A stretch of DNA of 64,000 bases from Zygnema circumcarinatum SAG 698-1b (GCA_037447605.1 CM074807.1:930001-994000), one strand, 5' to 3'; counted from the first letter of the stretch, positions 1 through 12,400 are shown. The notes: generated from the sequence alone by a model not told the origin. Numbers and translations: made by a program.

Positions 1-191
1 CGCAATGACAACCACAGAGACAAGAGTGTGTTGGCCTGACTTCGGGTTTTGAAATTTCTCAAACTATGAACTTGTCTCCAAATATTTTCAATCGCAACAT
101 CGCAAAGTAATGCAGTTCGTTGCATGCGATAGTCCTTTGTGTGAAGAGAGCCAAAGCAGCGAAATTCTGGGTTTACAATCCATTGGAGTAC

Positions 192-1855
192 CTTGGCTTG
201 GGCTTCTCGCCGCTTCTGAATAAGCTCAAGTGTGAGTGTACGGATTTTGCGCTCGTTCACTCTGATGGTGCGAACCAAGCCAATAGGCAGATGCCTGGCA
301 ATACAGCAAAGTACCCATCTGAGAAATTCTGAAAAGTTTGAATGCAAAAGCTTATTGAAACCCTGTAAACCTTAAAAACCCATGGCTTATATATGAAGTG
401 TAGCCGAAAGCATGGTCTGAACAATAATGGATTGATGGCTCACTTGAAGAATGGAAGAAATACGTAACCTCGAAGGACACACTCTATTGTGGCCTCCAAT
501 ATATTAGCAACTGCCTCATAAATTTCACGTGCTTGCTCGGTACCGCCACTAATGTCGGCCCCGAAAGCCGACCGTCCGATAATCTCAAGTGTCAAAGCAG
601 AAAGCGCTTGCTGTACATCGATCTCTGCGAGGCCGTTCGATGTTCTCACCTTCTCCTTCCACGAGTCCATGCCTTTCTGTGAGATAGATGCCATCAGTTG
701 GAGCACATCCTGCAAGTGTCATTGCCGCCCGTTTGCGTTGGTCAAAGCCTGAATGAAAAAAAGGAATTATCCCCAGAGCGACGAGTCTGACCAGCAAGAT
801 CATCGTCCCCAGAGATTCAAGGATGTTGCACATTTCTTTAACAAAAGGAATTGCAGATCCTGAAAACAATTTATCCCCCAAGGAAAAAAAATGAGATTCA
901 AGTCGAGTATTGGAGTGTGGAGTCCGGGTAAACTTGGGTCAATGAGCATGTGTACCTTGATTTGGCGGTGACCAAACGAAGGCGTTATCATGCGGCGATT
1001 TCGAGCCCAAAGTGATCCGTTGGAATTGATGAGGCCATTGCCGATGATGCCGAGGAGGACAGTTTGCTGAGTGTCCTTCGGCCAATCTTGCGGGTTTCCC
1101 ATCAGCACCTGCAACTCCACATACAGCCAACAAAGGAGACGGGGGGACAACGTTGAGAGAGTGAAAGATGATCGAATTATGCAAGCGTGTGCAGAAGGTG
1201 TTTAGAGAAGAGTGTCTTTCAAGCCGGCTTTAGTGAGTGGAGAGGGGGAGGGGAGGGGAGGGGAAGGGGAGGCGAGGGAGAGGGAGAGGGAGAGGGNNNN
1301 NNNNNNGGGAGAGGGAGAGGGAGAGGGAGAGGGAGAGGGCGAGGGAGAGGGAGAGCGAGAGGGAGAGGGAGAGGGAGAGAGTGGAGGTGGGGTTCAATTA
1401 CCTGGCGAACAAGTGCAGGGTCGGTGACAGTCAACCGAGCGAGAGGCCCCAGGCAAAATCCAAAAATAGACCCATACTTCTTCTCGTCCACTCGAAACTT
1501 GTCCACAAACTTCTCATCACGCTCGCCAGGCTCAGTGCCTACCGCTGCATAAGCGAGCGCACGGCGATACTCGGGGAGCTGTCCTATAAAAGGTCTGCAA
1601 CTTGTTTACCTCGATGTCAGCTATAGCAGCACAATTCCTAAAACTCCAAACATCCCGAATTCACAGAGGCTACAGCTCAGACAGAAAGAAAGGTAGAAAC
1701 GCTTGCCTGAACGGCATGCACTGAATGCCTTGTCGACTAACGTTGCGAAGGATGCTGTAGGGCCGCCACACGGCCATGAAGGCAGCGTAAAGCACGCCTG
1801 CAAGGGCGGCCGTCAACCCGATCCATGCGACATCCGCCGCCGTTATGAGGTCCAT
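192..1855 (-). CDS. Cytochrome P450, CYP72-clan-like (paralog A), 5' part; gene continues beyond window start
   Basis: Spliced exons about 1855-1707, 1594-1402, 1108-956, 709-444 and 294-192 give MDLITAAD...WRPYSILRNVSRQGIQCMPFR/PFIGQLPEY...KYGSIFGFCLGPLARLTVTDPALVRQ/VLMGNPQDWPK...[29 protein letters not shown]/...EIDVQQALSALTLEIIGRSAFG.../HLP...IQKRREAQAK. Colinear exon for exon with the two complete P450s in the window. Confidence 0.9.
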
Positions 1856-2720
1856 AAGAAGCGGTCCTCACTTTAAAAAAGCCGCAACCGGAAGCGAGGA
1901 TCTGCAAGCAGTTTCAAGCGCCGCCGATCTCTGTCGGCCTCGCGATTATATGCAGCTGCGTCCTCGTTCTGTCGCAACCTACGACTTGAATTTCGATTCT
2001 ATGCATTTTTTTTAAATGAAAAATTAAGTTTATTGCATACGTGGCGGCTTGTGATTGCCTCCAGAGCCGCTCCGACTGTCCAGCCGTGGGACGCATCATG
2101 TGAAGTCGCGAGTTCGAGTCCTGCCGCTGGCGAACACCGATTTGACCGCCGCCGAGCGGTCCGACCGTCCACTGAATGCGGACTGATCCGAGCCGTCCGA
2201 CCGCCTTACAATTCACTGTGGGCCACTGGGGGCCGGTTCACTTGTGCAACCTGTTGTTGTTGCCTTCGGCCATGGTCATGGTCATGTTCATGTTCACATG
2301 CACATGTGATGGCGTCGCCATGTCAAGGCACGCTCTGTGTCTCCAGGAATCGTTTGCACCGGACCGGAATGTCACGATGCAAGCCGATTCAACGATAGAC
2401 AGGTGATGCTTGGAGCGTGCAGGCGCTGGCCACAGCGGCAAGACGACCAGCCGCATGCTCTCTCTCTCTCTCTCCCTCTCTCTAGAACAGGGTCCACAAA
2501 AAATGATATTAAACAATAGGAAATGGTTCAAGGCATTTCTCCAAAGCGATGTTCGCTTATGTGGCAGCTGCCTCCCTCCATCCCTCCCTCCCTACCTCCC
2601 TGCCTGTCAGCGCACCCTCCGTCTTGTTGAGGCGAGGGAGCAGCACAAGGCAAAGGTTTGCTCGGCGAGGGGATAGACAACCCACATCGGAAGGAACCGA
2701 GAGAGCCATCCATGCTCTAT

Positions 2721-2817
2721 GTACGGCGATTGTACTGTACCAATCATGTACGGCAAACTGCCACTCGTACGATCCCGGACTCCAGCGTAGTCCGTACGAG
2801 CGAACTGCGCTGTGTAC
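2721..2817. promoter_or_regulatory. GTAC motif cluster in the P450 A/B bidirectional intergenic region
   Basis: Seven GTAC cores at 2721, 2732, 2737, 2748, 2767, 2794 and 2814, plus 3021 and 3058. GTAC is the SBP-domain core site. Function is not demonstrated. Confidence 0.4.
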
Positions 2818-3107
2818 ATGGACACCTGCGCAACACTACGCATATAGCCTCTTAAGCGTTCGTCGCAACGCTCAACAGTTCCACGCCGCATGGAACGCCC
2901 TCCCGGATTTGTCCAAAACCAACTCGTGTCGGCTTGTGTCGGTGCCCCCTCAAGAACGTTCACGGCAGCTTCCTCCCCGCAGGTGCGCCCTGCGCGCCCT
3001 GCCGAAGCGGCGCAATAACTGTACGGACATACCGCCTTCGCGGAAGGTCCCCGACACGTACAAACTAGGAGAGCAGCCAACACGAGGGAGAGGAGAGGGC
3101 GGCAGCC

Positions 3108-6100
3108 ATGGCTGCCATGGACATGGCGGCAGCGTCGAATTCCCTGAGCTTGCTGCCATGGCTGCTGGCGGCGGTCGCTCTTGCATGGATGGTACGAAAA
3201 GCTGTAGCCCTCGTTTGGGTTCCGTACCGCGCCGTGAGGGAGTTTCGACGACAAGGAATTCTCACAATGAAGTTCAGGTGCGGGCCTTCGCAAGTGCTCT
3301 CATTCTTCCAATCGATAATGTATCTCCTCCGCATAACGTCATAGGAAGCACACAGTGGTATTTTGGTGAAAGGAGTGGTCTTGGTTAGAATAGTCAATGC
3401 TGTAGTCAATGTCGACGACCCAGTTGGGGATGAATGAATGGTTCATTCAAGTTCCATGTAGTTCCATGCCCCTACATTTGAAGTTCATATCGATTTTCCA
3501 ATGCATTATTATTCGGTTATACGGTGGGAGGGAGAGGGTCAGGGCGGGAGAGCTGTGTGAGAGAGAACAGGCGGGGGACTTGAGAGAGATGGTGAGAGTC
3601 GGAAAGTGAGGGAGAGAGGATGAGGAAGATTGTGAGGCGGAGAGAGATGTCGAGTAGAAAGAAAGGAACAGAAAAAATAACGAGGGACAAAGTGGGGATA
3701 ACGCACCTTGAAAGCTTGGTTTTGGATGCTTGTTGTAGGACTCATTGGATCACCACCCCTTACTGAAAGCTTTTCAACTCATTTTTTCATTGTTCATTGC
3801 GTATGAAAGGCCATTTCTTGGGCAACTCCCCGAGTTCAAGAAGCTTCTCCAAGACGCGGCGGAGGAGACGGAGCCATGTCTGAACGATTCCAAGCTTGTG
3901 AGCGGTTTTCGGCTGTGGGAGGAGCGCTATGGGACGGTGGTGGGGATGTGCTTTGGGCCCATTCCGAGGCTAAACATCTCCGAGCCCTCTCTCGTGCGAG
4001 AGGTACAGTACTCTTGTTTTTTTTTTTTTTTTTTTAGACTCTAGTTATCTTAAGCTTTATGTTGATCGGTAAAAAGTTTATCTTTTGATTTTGTTTCTTT
4101 TCAGAGTCTACGTCATTTAATTTTTCCGAACTTATGTTCATGCTTTTGAGTTGGAGAGTTGTATTAGTTATTCAGTTTAATTATTGTGATCATCCTTTTT
4201 TTATTTATTTCTTGTATGGGTAGGTGTTGAATGGAACCATAGATGACTGGCCCAAAACGGCACAGCAAAAACGCAACTTGTCAATTCTTGGGAACGGTCT
4301 TGTAAACTCAAACGGTTCACTATGGCTCCGACAACGCCGAATGATGAACCCCTCTTTCGGGCACCGCAGCATAAAAGTATGCTCAAATCCCCGCATTCAT
4401 GCCACTCTCGTCTTTTCTTTTGAGCAATGAAAACTTCCCATTTTTTTTTTTTTTTTTTCCCATTTTTTTTTCTCGTTTCTAAATACGTCATAGAAGAAGT
4501 CTTAAGTACCTTCGGTTCCAAACCTCTCCCACTTGTGGGTCCCACTTGCAGGAAACGATCCATGTAATGGCGGAAAGCACTGAGAAGATGATGAAGCGAT
4601 GGGCGGCCAAAGTTGATGGCGCAAATGGCGTAGCAGAAGTTGATATAAATCGCGATATATCGGGGCTTGCTCTTGAAATTATCGGGCTGGCTGCATTTGG
4701 GGATAACATTGGGAGCGGGTCTGATCGAGCAAGTGAAATTTCAGTGACAGTAGCTGAGTACTTGGAGGCCATCATACAACGCATCCTTTCAGGAGCTTTG
4801 TTTATTCCAGGCTACTTGTAAGGACAAACAGTGTCTTTTTAGATTTTCGACCCTTGATCAACTTTCACATCTGTATGCATCGAAAAGATGTACATGTAGT
4901 TTAAAAAAGGAAGTTCAAATGTTCTCTTCCTTCGGTTTAAAACGCTTGTTTTCAGGTTTTTACCAACGGAACTGAACAAAAAAATTTCTCGCTGTGAACG
5001 GAAGATACGAGCGCTCACGATGGAGCTCATTCAAAAGCGGCGTGAAGCCCAAGCTCAGGTATTTGGAGCCGCCGCAGCTTCAAACTATGTGTATAATAAA
5101 GTGAATGATTCATTCAGACGAGGTCTCGTTCGTTTGAAGTGCGTTAAGCAGCTTGGAGATTAATCGCACAGCAGGAGGGTTCAGGGCGACGTGGGCAAGG
5201 ACCTGCTGGCGAGCATGTTGGCGGCAACGGACGATGAGACCAATGTGGGAATGACGAACCAGCAGCTCGTAGACGAGGCCCTCAACATTCTCCTTGCAGG
5301 TCTCTCTCCCTCTTCCCCCCTCCCGTTCTCTCCCCTCCCCCCCACCTCTTTCCATTTCCATGTCCCATTTGTCTTTCACTGCCGCTTTCCCTCTCTCTAG
5401 AGTCTCTCCATCTCTTTCATCTTCTTCTTTTTGTTTCCCCATTCCCTTCCCCCCATCCACTCCCCCCTCCCCCTCCCCCTCCCTCCCCCCCCCCTCCCCA
5501 CTCCCCGCTTCCGCTCCTTCGTACTCCCTTCCCACTCCCCACCTCCCCCATCTCCCCTCCTCCCACCCCCTCCTCCTCCCTCCTTTTCTCTCCCTAACAC
5601 CATCAGTGTGCCCCTTCCCCTTTTCTTCCCCTGCAGGCCACGAGACAACAGCCCAGCTGGTCACATGGACAATGTACCTCCTGGCCCTCCACCCTTCATG
5701 GCAGCAGCGGCTAAGGGCAGAAACATTCTCTGTGATGGGGAAGCAGCACGAAATGGAGGAAGATTGGGGGAAGCTGACGGCTCTCAAAGACCTCCATTTG
5801 GTGCTGCATGAGTCCCTGCGGCTCTATCCGCCGGTTCCGATCATTTCTCGGGGCTGTATTAAGGTGAGGCAAGTGACTGTATGTATCTTCTGTATCTTCT
5901 TATATATGGAAGCATAATGCAGTAGATGGCTCTGCAAGGTTTATGGTTTAATGAAGAGGAAAGTGCTGGAGCAGCTGAGTTCGGAGGGTTGATATTTCAT
6001 GGGTTGCTTCAGGAGGTGAAGTTGGGGCCCTACCGCCTTCCTGCCGGCACCATGGTCGCAATTCCTATTACTCACCTTCATCATAGAAAGGACCTATGGG

Positions 6101-6582
6101 GAGAGGACGCCGACGAATTCCGACCAGAACGCTTTGCAGGTAATTTCGTCCTTACTATAATCCTCATACTCGTAAGAGTCTACTACAATTTTGTAAATAT
6201 CACTTCAACATATAACTAGCGTAGCTTTCCAAACTTGAGAACACTGAGAACATTGTGAAGCTCACTCCTCCCCTTTCCTTGCAAATCGAACAAGTGTTCA
6301 TCACCTTATCATTCGGTGCTGCTGCTGCTGCATGCCCTGCCAGGTGGCCTTGCCGAAGCATGCAAAGAGCCGCAGATGTTCCTTCCGTTCAGTGGCGGCC
6401 AACGGAACTGCATCGGGCAGGCATTCGCGTTGACGGAAGCCAAAGTAATTATGGTTCACATTCTCCGCTTGTTCTCGTGGAGGCTCAGTCCGGGGTACAA
6501 GCTGGGCGTGCAAGCAATCATCACTCTCCGCCCCAACAAGGGCATGCCCATGCTGCTCGAGCGCATAGACCCAGCGCGCTAA
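3108..6582 (+). CDS. Cytochrome P450, CYP72-clan-like (paralog B), 9 exons
   Basis: Exons about 3108-3277, 3810-4002, 4224-4376, 4552-4817, 4956-5058, 5185-5299, 5637-5863, 6013-6139 and 6344-6582. N-terminal TM anchor, I-helix AGHETT, K-helix ESLRLYPP, LWGEDADEFRPERF, heme motif FSGGQRNCIG. The start could be 3108, 3117 or 3123. Confidence 0.95.
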
Positions 6583-6787
6583 GTGAAAGTGTGGGACTTC
6601 AAATGAAGGAAGGGGGGACTTCAAGATTAGTGTGGGAATTTTTTTTTGATTAAAAATTCATGTTGGAGGTGGGTCGTGTCTGCATTACCCAAGGGTCGGC
6701 GGACCTACATATACCTGTATACTACCTATATACGGTTGCGGGGGGGTTAGCTCCCCCTCAGAGTCTGAAAATTCAACTTTATTTTTA

Positions 6788-7966
6788 GGAGAATGATAGA
6801 CCCTCCCCACTTTTGGATATTTCATCCCCCCCCCCCTTTTGGGACGTTTTGCACTTTTTTTTTTGGCTATCCACTCCCCCTATTTTGGATATCTTGTCAC
6901 CCTATTTTTTCCTCTCAGTGCACTCACACATCAGCGCAACATCCGCAAACACATTCGCTGTAACGGAATAGTATACATGGAGTTGTATGGCCTAGTATTT
7001 ACATTTGTGATTGCCTTTTAAGGATTTAAAGCACACGGCTGGGCCGTGTGTGTACCGGAAGGCCTTGAGGTCAACCCTGTTAAAGGCGGTTTGTTACATT
7101 CTTAGAGAGAGAGCAAAGCATAGCAAAGAGAGAAGCAAAGCAAAGCAAGCCAACCATTACATCATCGTAGAGCTTCGACAAGAGGCAGGGGCACCCACAA
7201 TCGAACATAATCCATTTCAATATTAACAAAGGGTCAACAAAGAATAAAAAGTTCCTAAACAAAGAAAAACTCGACTAAGCATTTGCGCATTTGGAGCCTA
7301 TGATACTGAGTATATGTCTACAAATCAATAGCCAAATTGTCAAAAAAATCCTCAAACTGAGGGAGGAGGGGGGAGAAGGGAGGGGAGAGGAGGGAGGGAG
7401 GGAGGGAGGGAGGGAGGGAGGAGGAAGAAAGTTCGCAATAGAGCGCATATTTTAAATATATAATAAACTGCCCAAATCACGTTGAACCCAATAGCCCATC
7501 CTTTGGACTTGATGTCAAGCCATAGAACAATCTATGAGTAAGGAAAAGCATTGCTTTTGCTTGAATTAACGCAAGTACTTAAGTTGTGGCCTGGTTGCTT
7601 GCAATTGGAACATTTGTTACCCTCAACATACATGCTTTAGCGGCCCTCGCCAAAGCATTGCAGGTAGAGTTGGCGGCTGTCGCTATGTGCTCCGATCTTG
7701 ATGTGAAATCCTTCGTGCTTGTAGTGCTCGGTCATGACTTGTACAAGCTCATCGCGGGCCTCATACTCAGTTGGTAGCATTTATGTGGACATTGCAAACC
7801 GAGAAGAGGAGAGATGAGGAGAGAAGAGTAGGGCAGAAGAGGGGAGGGGAAGGGATATCTCCTCCCCAAATATCCAAAACAGGGGGGGGTGGAAAGCCGA
7901 AATGGAAGTGCGAAACGTCTCGAGGGGGAGGGGGTATCCAAATGGGGGGGAAGGATATCATTTTCC
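6788..7966. mobile_element. Non-autonomous Mutator-like element (MULE), internal deletion derivative
   Basis: Imperfect TIRs of about 110 bp (left GGAGAATGATA...GACGTTTTGCACTT...TTTTGGATAT; reverse complement of right end GGAAAATGATA...GACGTTTCGCACTT...TTTTGGATAT). Perfect 8-bp direct repeat TATTTTTA at 6780-6787 and 7967-7974. Contains a transposase-like remnant. Confidence 0.85.
7532..7780 (-). pseudogene. MULE transposase remnant (N-terminal MuDR-like segment fused to C-terminal zinc knuckle)
   Basis: Minus frame reads MLPTEYEARDELVQVMTEHYKHEGFHIKIGAHSDSRQLYLQCFGEGR*SMYVEGNKCSNCKQPGHNLSTCVNS. CX2CX4HX4C knuckle at 7571-7612, an internal stop, and no DDE core. Confidence 0.7.
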
Positions 7967-9484
7967 TATTTTTATTTTATATTATGTTATCTATGTACTT
8001 TATGTATGTTAGTCATGCCGAGGGCAGTGAGCGACTAGTGAAACTAGCAACTGCCACCGCTACATGTAAAGTGGAGTAGAGACCTGTCACGTCACAGTTC
8101 AGTTACCGTACTGTCATGCCATGTCATACGTCATGTCATTCGCGGGTCCCGTCACGTCACGTCACGTCATGTCTGTCAAGTCACGTTCAAGCGTGGCGTC
8201 GCGGAGGCCGCCAGTCGTTGGGAGCCATTCAAACCGGCGACTCGTTTTGTCGTTTCTGCCCTCGTGGCCAATTGGAGCGACCGGCCGCACGTCCCGTCCT
8301 TACGCTCCTGTCCGTATGCCGTACGGACCCGACTGTCCCAGCCCGACTGAAGCCCGCCTCTCTCCCCCGCCGAAACCGGCGACTGGCTGGCAGGCGCGTC
8401 CCGGGGCCGTTCTGCAGTACGGATTCTCAACAGAGTTCAATCCCGGCAGCCATCGGTTCAAAATCGGTCATGAATCACGATCAGCCGTCCGATCTCGTAG
8501 ATGCCTCATTCCGGACCGTCCGATCCTCTGGATCCCATCCATACAGAAAAGAAGCGGTATTCCGCAGTTCCCATTGTAGTCGGCCGTCAACTTTCCCTGC
8601 CGTGTTTTTGAACGGTTGACCAGCCGGCCGGCAGTCTGGCCGTCGCGTTTCAAATCCAGCCACGCCCCAACGCGCGCCTCCGGCATTGCCGCGCCAAAGC
8701 GCCGTTGCACCGCCCTTCCCGGAAAGTGAACGGCCCCGATCTCTCCTCACCACCACACATGTGCAATCGACGGCGATTGATCGTCCCGTGATCCACGCTG
8801 ACAGCGTGACGGCCAATGGGATGGCGGCGTGGCGCGAGGTGCCGTTGAGATCGGACGCGGATCTGAGGGCGCAGAGCGCGCCACGTGGCACCTCCACCAG
8901 AGGCCTGGGCGGCCCTCAAAGGGCAGGCAGGCACGGAAGGTGGGGTTCTTGGAGGAGAGAGCGGTAGAGGGAGGGAGAGATGATGGTAGCGTGAGGGAGC
9001 GCAAGAGTGAGTGTGTGGAGGAACAAGGGGACAGCACGTTGCGACAGTCGCGAAGTCGCTGGTACTGGTAGGTCGAGGGAGTTTGAATGTTTGCGGGGAT
9101 GAGATAGTGGAAAGGGATGTTGTAGTGGGAAGGGGTTGAGGCGGAAGGTGTAGTTGGAAATTGATCGGAAACTGAAAGCTTTGGTTGGTGATGATGCGAA
9201 GTTCTTAAGGAAGTTATTGTACCAGTCTTATTTTTGCCAGAAAGGAGAGATTCGAGGTTGATCTGCGCCTGTCCTGCAAGCAAGACAGGACTTTATCCGC
9301 AGACTCGGGAATTTTTGTTTGGCTAGGTTGGCTGCGCTATAGCGTGAAGTGTGCATACAGAGTCTTCGCCCGAACTGGGATGTTTTATTGCGTAGTGTAT
9401 ATTGTCTTGGAGATCGGTTGTCATGGTCTGACCGGCGCAATCTAATTGTGGAATATTTGATATTTCGTCAGAGGAGGCGCTGTG

Positions 9485-12400
9485 ATGGAGAGTTCGACTG
9501 GCCTAGTTGCGGGCAGTCGGAATCGAAATCAACTGGTGGTGATCCGCTCCGAAAATGGCGGGCAGGTATGGAAGCCTTATTTTCCTCCATCTGCAATAGC
9601 TACTCTTATCCCTATATTTGAAGCGGCGATCCTTTTTGTACTCATACTTTTTTGTTACGTCTGCTCCTTATCTCCTGCAGGCACGAACTATGCCATCTAC
9701 GTCTGGAATCTGTCAAATCTGCGGCGATGACGTGGGGTTGAGCGTGGAGGGCGACCTCTTCACTGCCTGCAATGAGTGCGGCTATCCCGTATGTCGTCCT
9801 TGTTACGAGTACGAGCGTAAGGAGGGTTCTCGTGCATGCCCTCAGTGCAAGACTGTCTACAAACGCCATAAGGGTAAGTGCAATCGACTAGGTTGTTTCG
9901 TGTCGCTTTTGATAGCAGAAAGAGTGGTTGGATAAATATTTTGAGCCCTTTGTCTCTCGAATCAGGACCACGCCGATTCGTATGTTCATGGGTGTTTTCT
10001 TGATTTGACTTTGAAATCCAACTTCGCAATGCAGGTAGTCCTCGGGTGGAGGGCGATGATGAGGATGAGGACATAGAGGATCTTGACAACGAGTTCCGAG
10101 GTATTCTGACAGAAAAGGGCCATGACCTACAAGCCGGAGAGAATGGTGGTGATGATGTGGAGAGTGTTAGATCACATGGCCGTCACCATCACCATGAAGC
10201 TTACGGAAGGAATTATGAACCGTATCGCGCTCAGGGTCAACTTCCCATGCTCACAGACGGACAGGTACTTTCCTTGTCATGCGCTTTTGAGACGGGGAAA
10301 TAATCTTTTTTTCAGCGGACTTGCTGTCTGAGGCCAATGTCTAGTCTACTTAGGAACTGGCCTGCAAAACTGAAATGAAATGATTCATTTTTATTTATGC
10401 AGCACTACGAGACTGGCTCGGAATATGGCGGTCAAGGCACAGCGTCAGAATATGGCGGCCAGGGAACTGCTTCGGAGTATGGAAGGGAGACCAACGCTTC
10501 TGAGTATGGCGGCCATCAGGCTATCATGGTGCCGAATGGGGGTCAGCAGACTGCCGCTGGCAACAAGCAAGCAGGCCATCCGATGTCTTACCCTAGCCCT
10601 GATCCTCACAACCTTGGAGGTAAGTTTTTCCCGTCCTTTCTTCTTGTTTTCGATCTATACTTGCAGCTCAGCAAAACGCTAAGATTGGTTTTGTCAAGTT
10701 TCTGGTCTGTTTCTTCGCCCTTGCTCAAGCCCTCTCATTGTTATGCAGGTGCTGCAGCAAACGCACGCGCTTTAGACCCTTCAAAGGATCCTGGACAGTA
10801 TGGATATGGCAGCATTGCCTGGAAGGATCGTGTTGAGGCGTGGAAGCAGAGGCAGGATAAATTGCAGATGATGATGACGCCTGGGGGAGTGATGGTAGAT
10901 GCCAGCAAGGGAGGAGGGGGTGGGCCAGAGAACCCATACGGAAACACCGGCAGTGACTTGCCAATGTGAGGATGTGTTTCCTTCCTGTCGCCTAACGTTA
11001 CTTGGTTTCAAGGTCCAACGTTTTTACAGTTATTCATAGTTCACAGTTATTAATTTGTATTTTTTTTTCTTTCTATTTCTACATTACTGGGCGTGCTCTT
11101 TCTGGTTTATCTAACATAGAGGTTGGTGGTTCCCTTTGCAGGATGGACGAGTCCCGACAGCCACTCTCCCGAAAAGTAGACTTCAGCATGGGCCTCATTC
11201 AGCCTTACAGGCTGATTATCGTTTTGCGTCTTGTCATCCTGGCGTTTTTCTTGCGCTACCGTATTCTTAACCCAGCACCATCTTTCCCCCTTTGGATTAC
11301 CAGTGTTATCTGTGAGATTTGGTTCGCCTTTTCGTGGATTCTTGATCAGTTTCCCAAGTGGATGCCGGTCAACCGAGAGACGTACCTGGACAGGTTAGCG
11401 CTTAGGTTCGAGAAGGAAGGGGAACCTAGTCAGCTGAATTCTGTAGATCTCTTTGTGTCTACTGTGGATCCGGAGAAGGAACCCCCTATTACAACAGCAA
11501 ACACTCTCTTGAGTATCTTGTCGATGGACTACCCCGTGGACAAGGTCTCTTGCTATCTGTCTGACGACGGTGGAGCAATGCTAACGTTTGAGGCCCTTAG
11601 CGAAACGAGTGAATTTGCTCGCCGCTGGGTTCCGTTCTGCAAGAAGTTCAGCATTGAGCCACGCGCACCTGAGATGTACTTCACACAAAAGATCGACTAT
11701 CTGAAGGACAAGGTGCAGCCAACTTTCGTCAAGGAGCGTCGCGTAATGAAGGTGAGAATAGTCTCATGCAGGCCCTGGGTTTTACTACTATACGCTATCA
11801 TTTGAGCTTGAACTAACTTTGAGCTCGATCGCAGCGGCTAATTCACCTCCTTAATTTCTTTGCTTGCAGAGGGAATATGAAGAGTTCAAAGTCCGCATTA
11901 ATGCGTTGGTGGCCAAGTCGAAGAAGGTGCCGGAAGATGGGTGGACGATGCAGGATGGGACCCCCTGGCCTGGAAACAACTCCCGTGACCACCCTGGAAT
12001 GATCCAAGTATTTTTGGGAGCAAGTGGAGGAACGGATTTGGAGGGCAACATTCTTCCTCGCTTGGTTTATGTGTCTCGTGAGAAGAGGCCTGGCTTCAAT
12101 CACCACAAGAAAGCCGGTGCTATGAATGCTTTGGTGCGTATGGCAAATCAGATGGCAATCGTCTCTTAGAGTGTGTTTTCAAGCTGTTCGTTTTTATCAA
12201 TTTGTCCATTCTCTGAAAAATTTGGTGTTTTTTCTGGGTGCTTTGGACGTCGTTTGAGTACAAGCAGTTGATGAGTGTGAAGGTGTGATGCTCTTGCAGG
12301 TTCGTGTCTCTGCTGTGCTCACAAATGCACCATACATTCTGAATCTGGATTGTGATCACTACGTCAACAACTCGAAAGCACTTCGCCATGCCATGTGCTT

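Noticed and set aside
1240-1390. GGGAGA polypurine tracts (also about 45240-45450 and 50270-50400) as functional G4/H-DNA elements
   Set aside because: They are ubiquitous intronic simple repeats in this genome, partly gapped, with nothing locus-specific to support a function.
2549-3388. 279-aa ORF and other long ORFs in GC-rich intergenic islands (8116-8967, 31222-31954, 57270-58850)
   Set aside because: No recognisable domains, and overlapping ORFs on both strands are expected from stop-poor GC-rich promoter sequence.
5294-5636. Pro/Ser-rich extensin-like insertion in P450 B
   Set aside because: It is a CT-rich intron (GT at 5300, AG at 5636) splitting the AG|HETT motif at the same position as in paralog C.
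9689-9700. Apparent N-terminally truncated CesA starting at MPSTSG
   Set aside because: An upstream in-phase exon (9485-9565) supplies the canonical [15 protein letters not shown] start.
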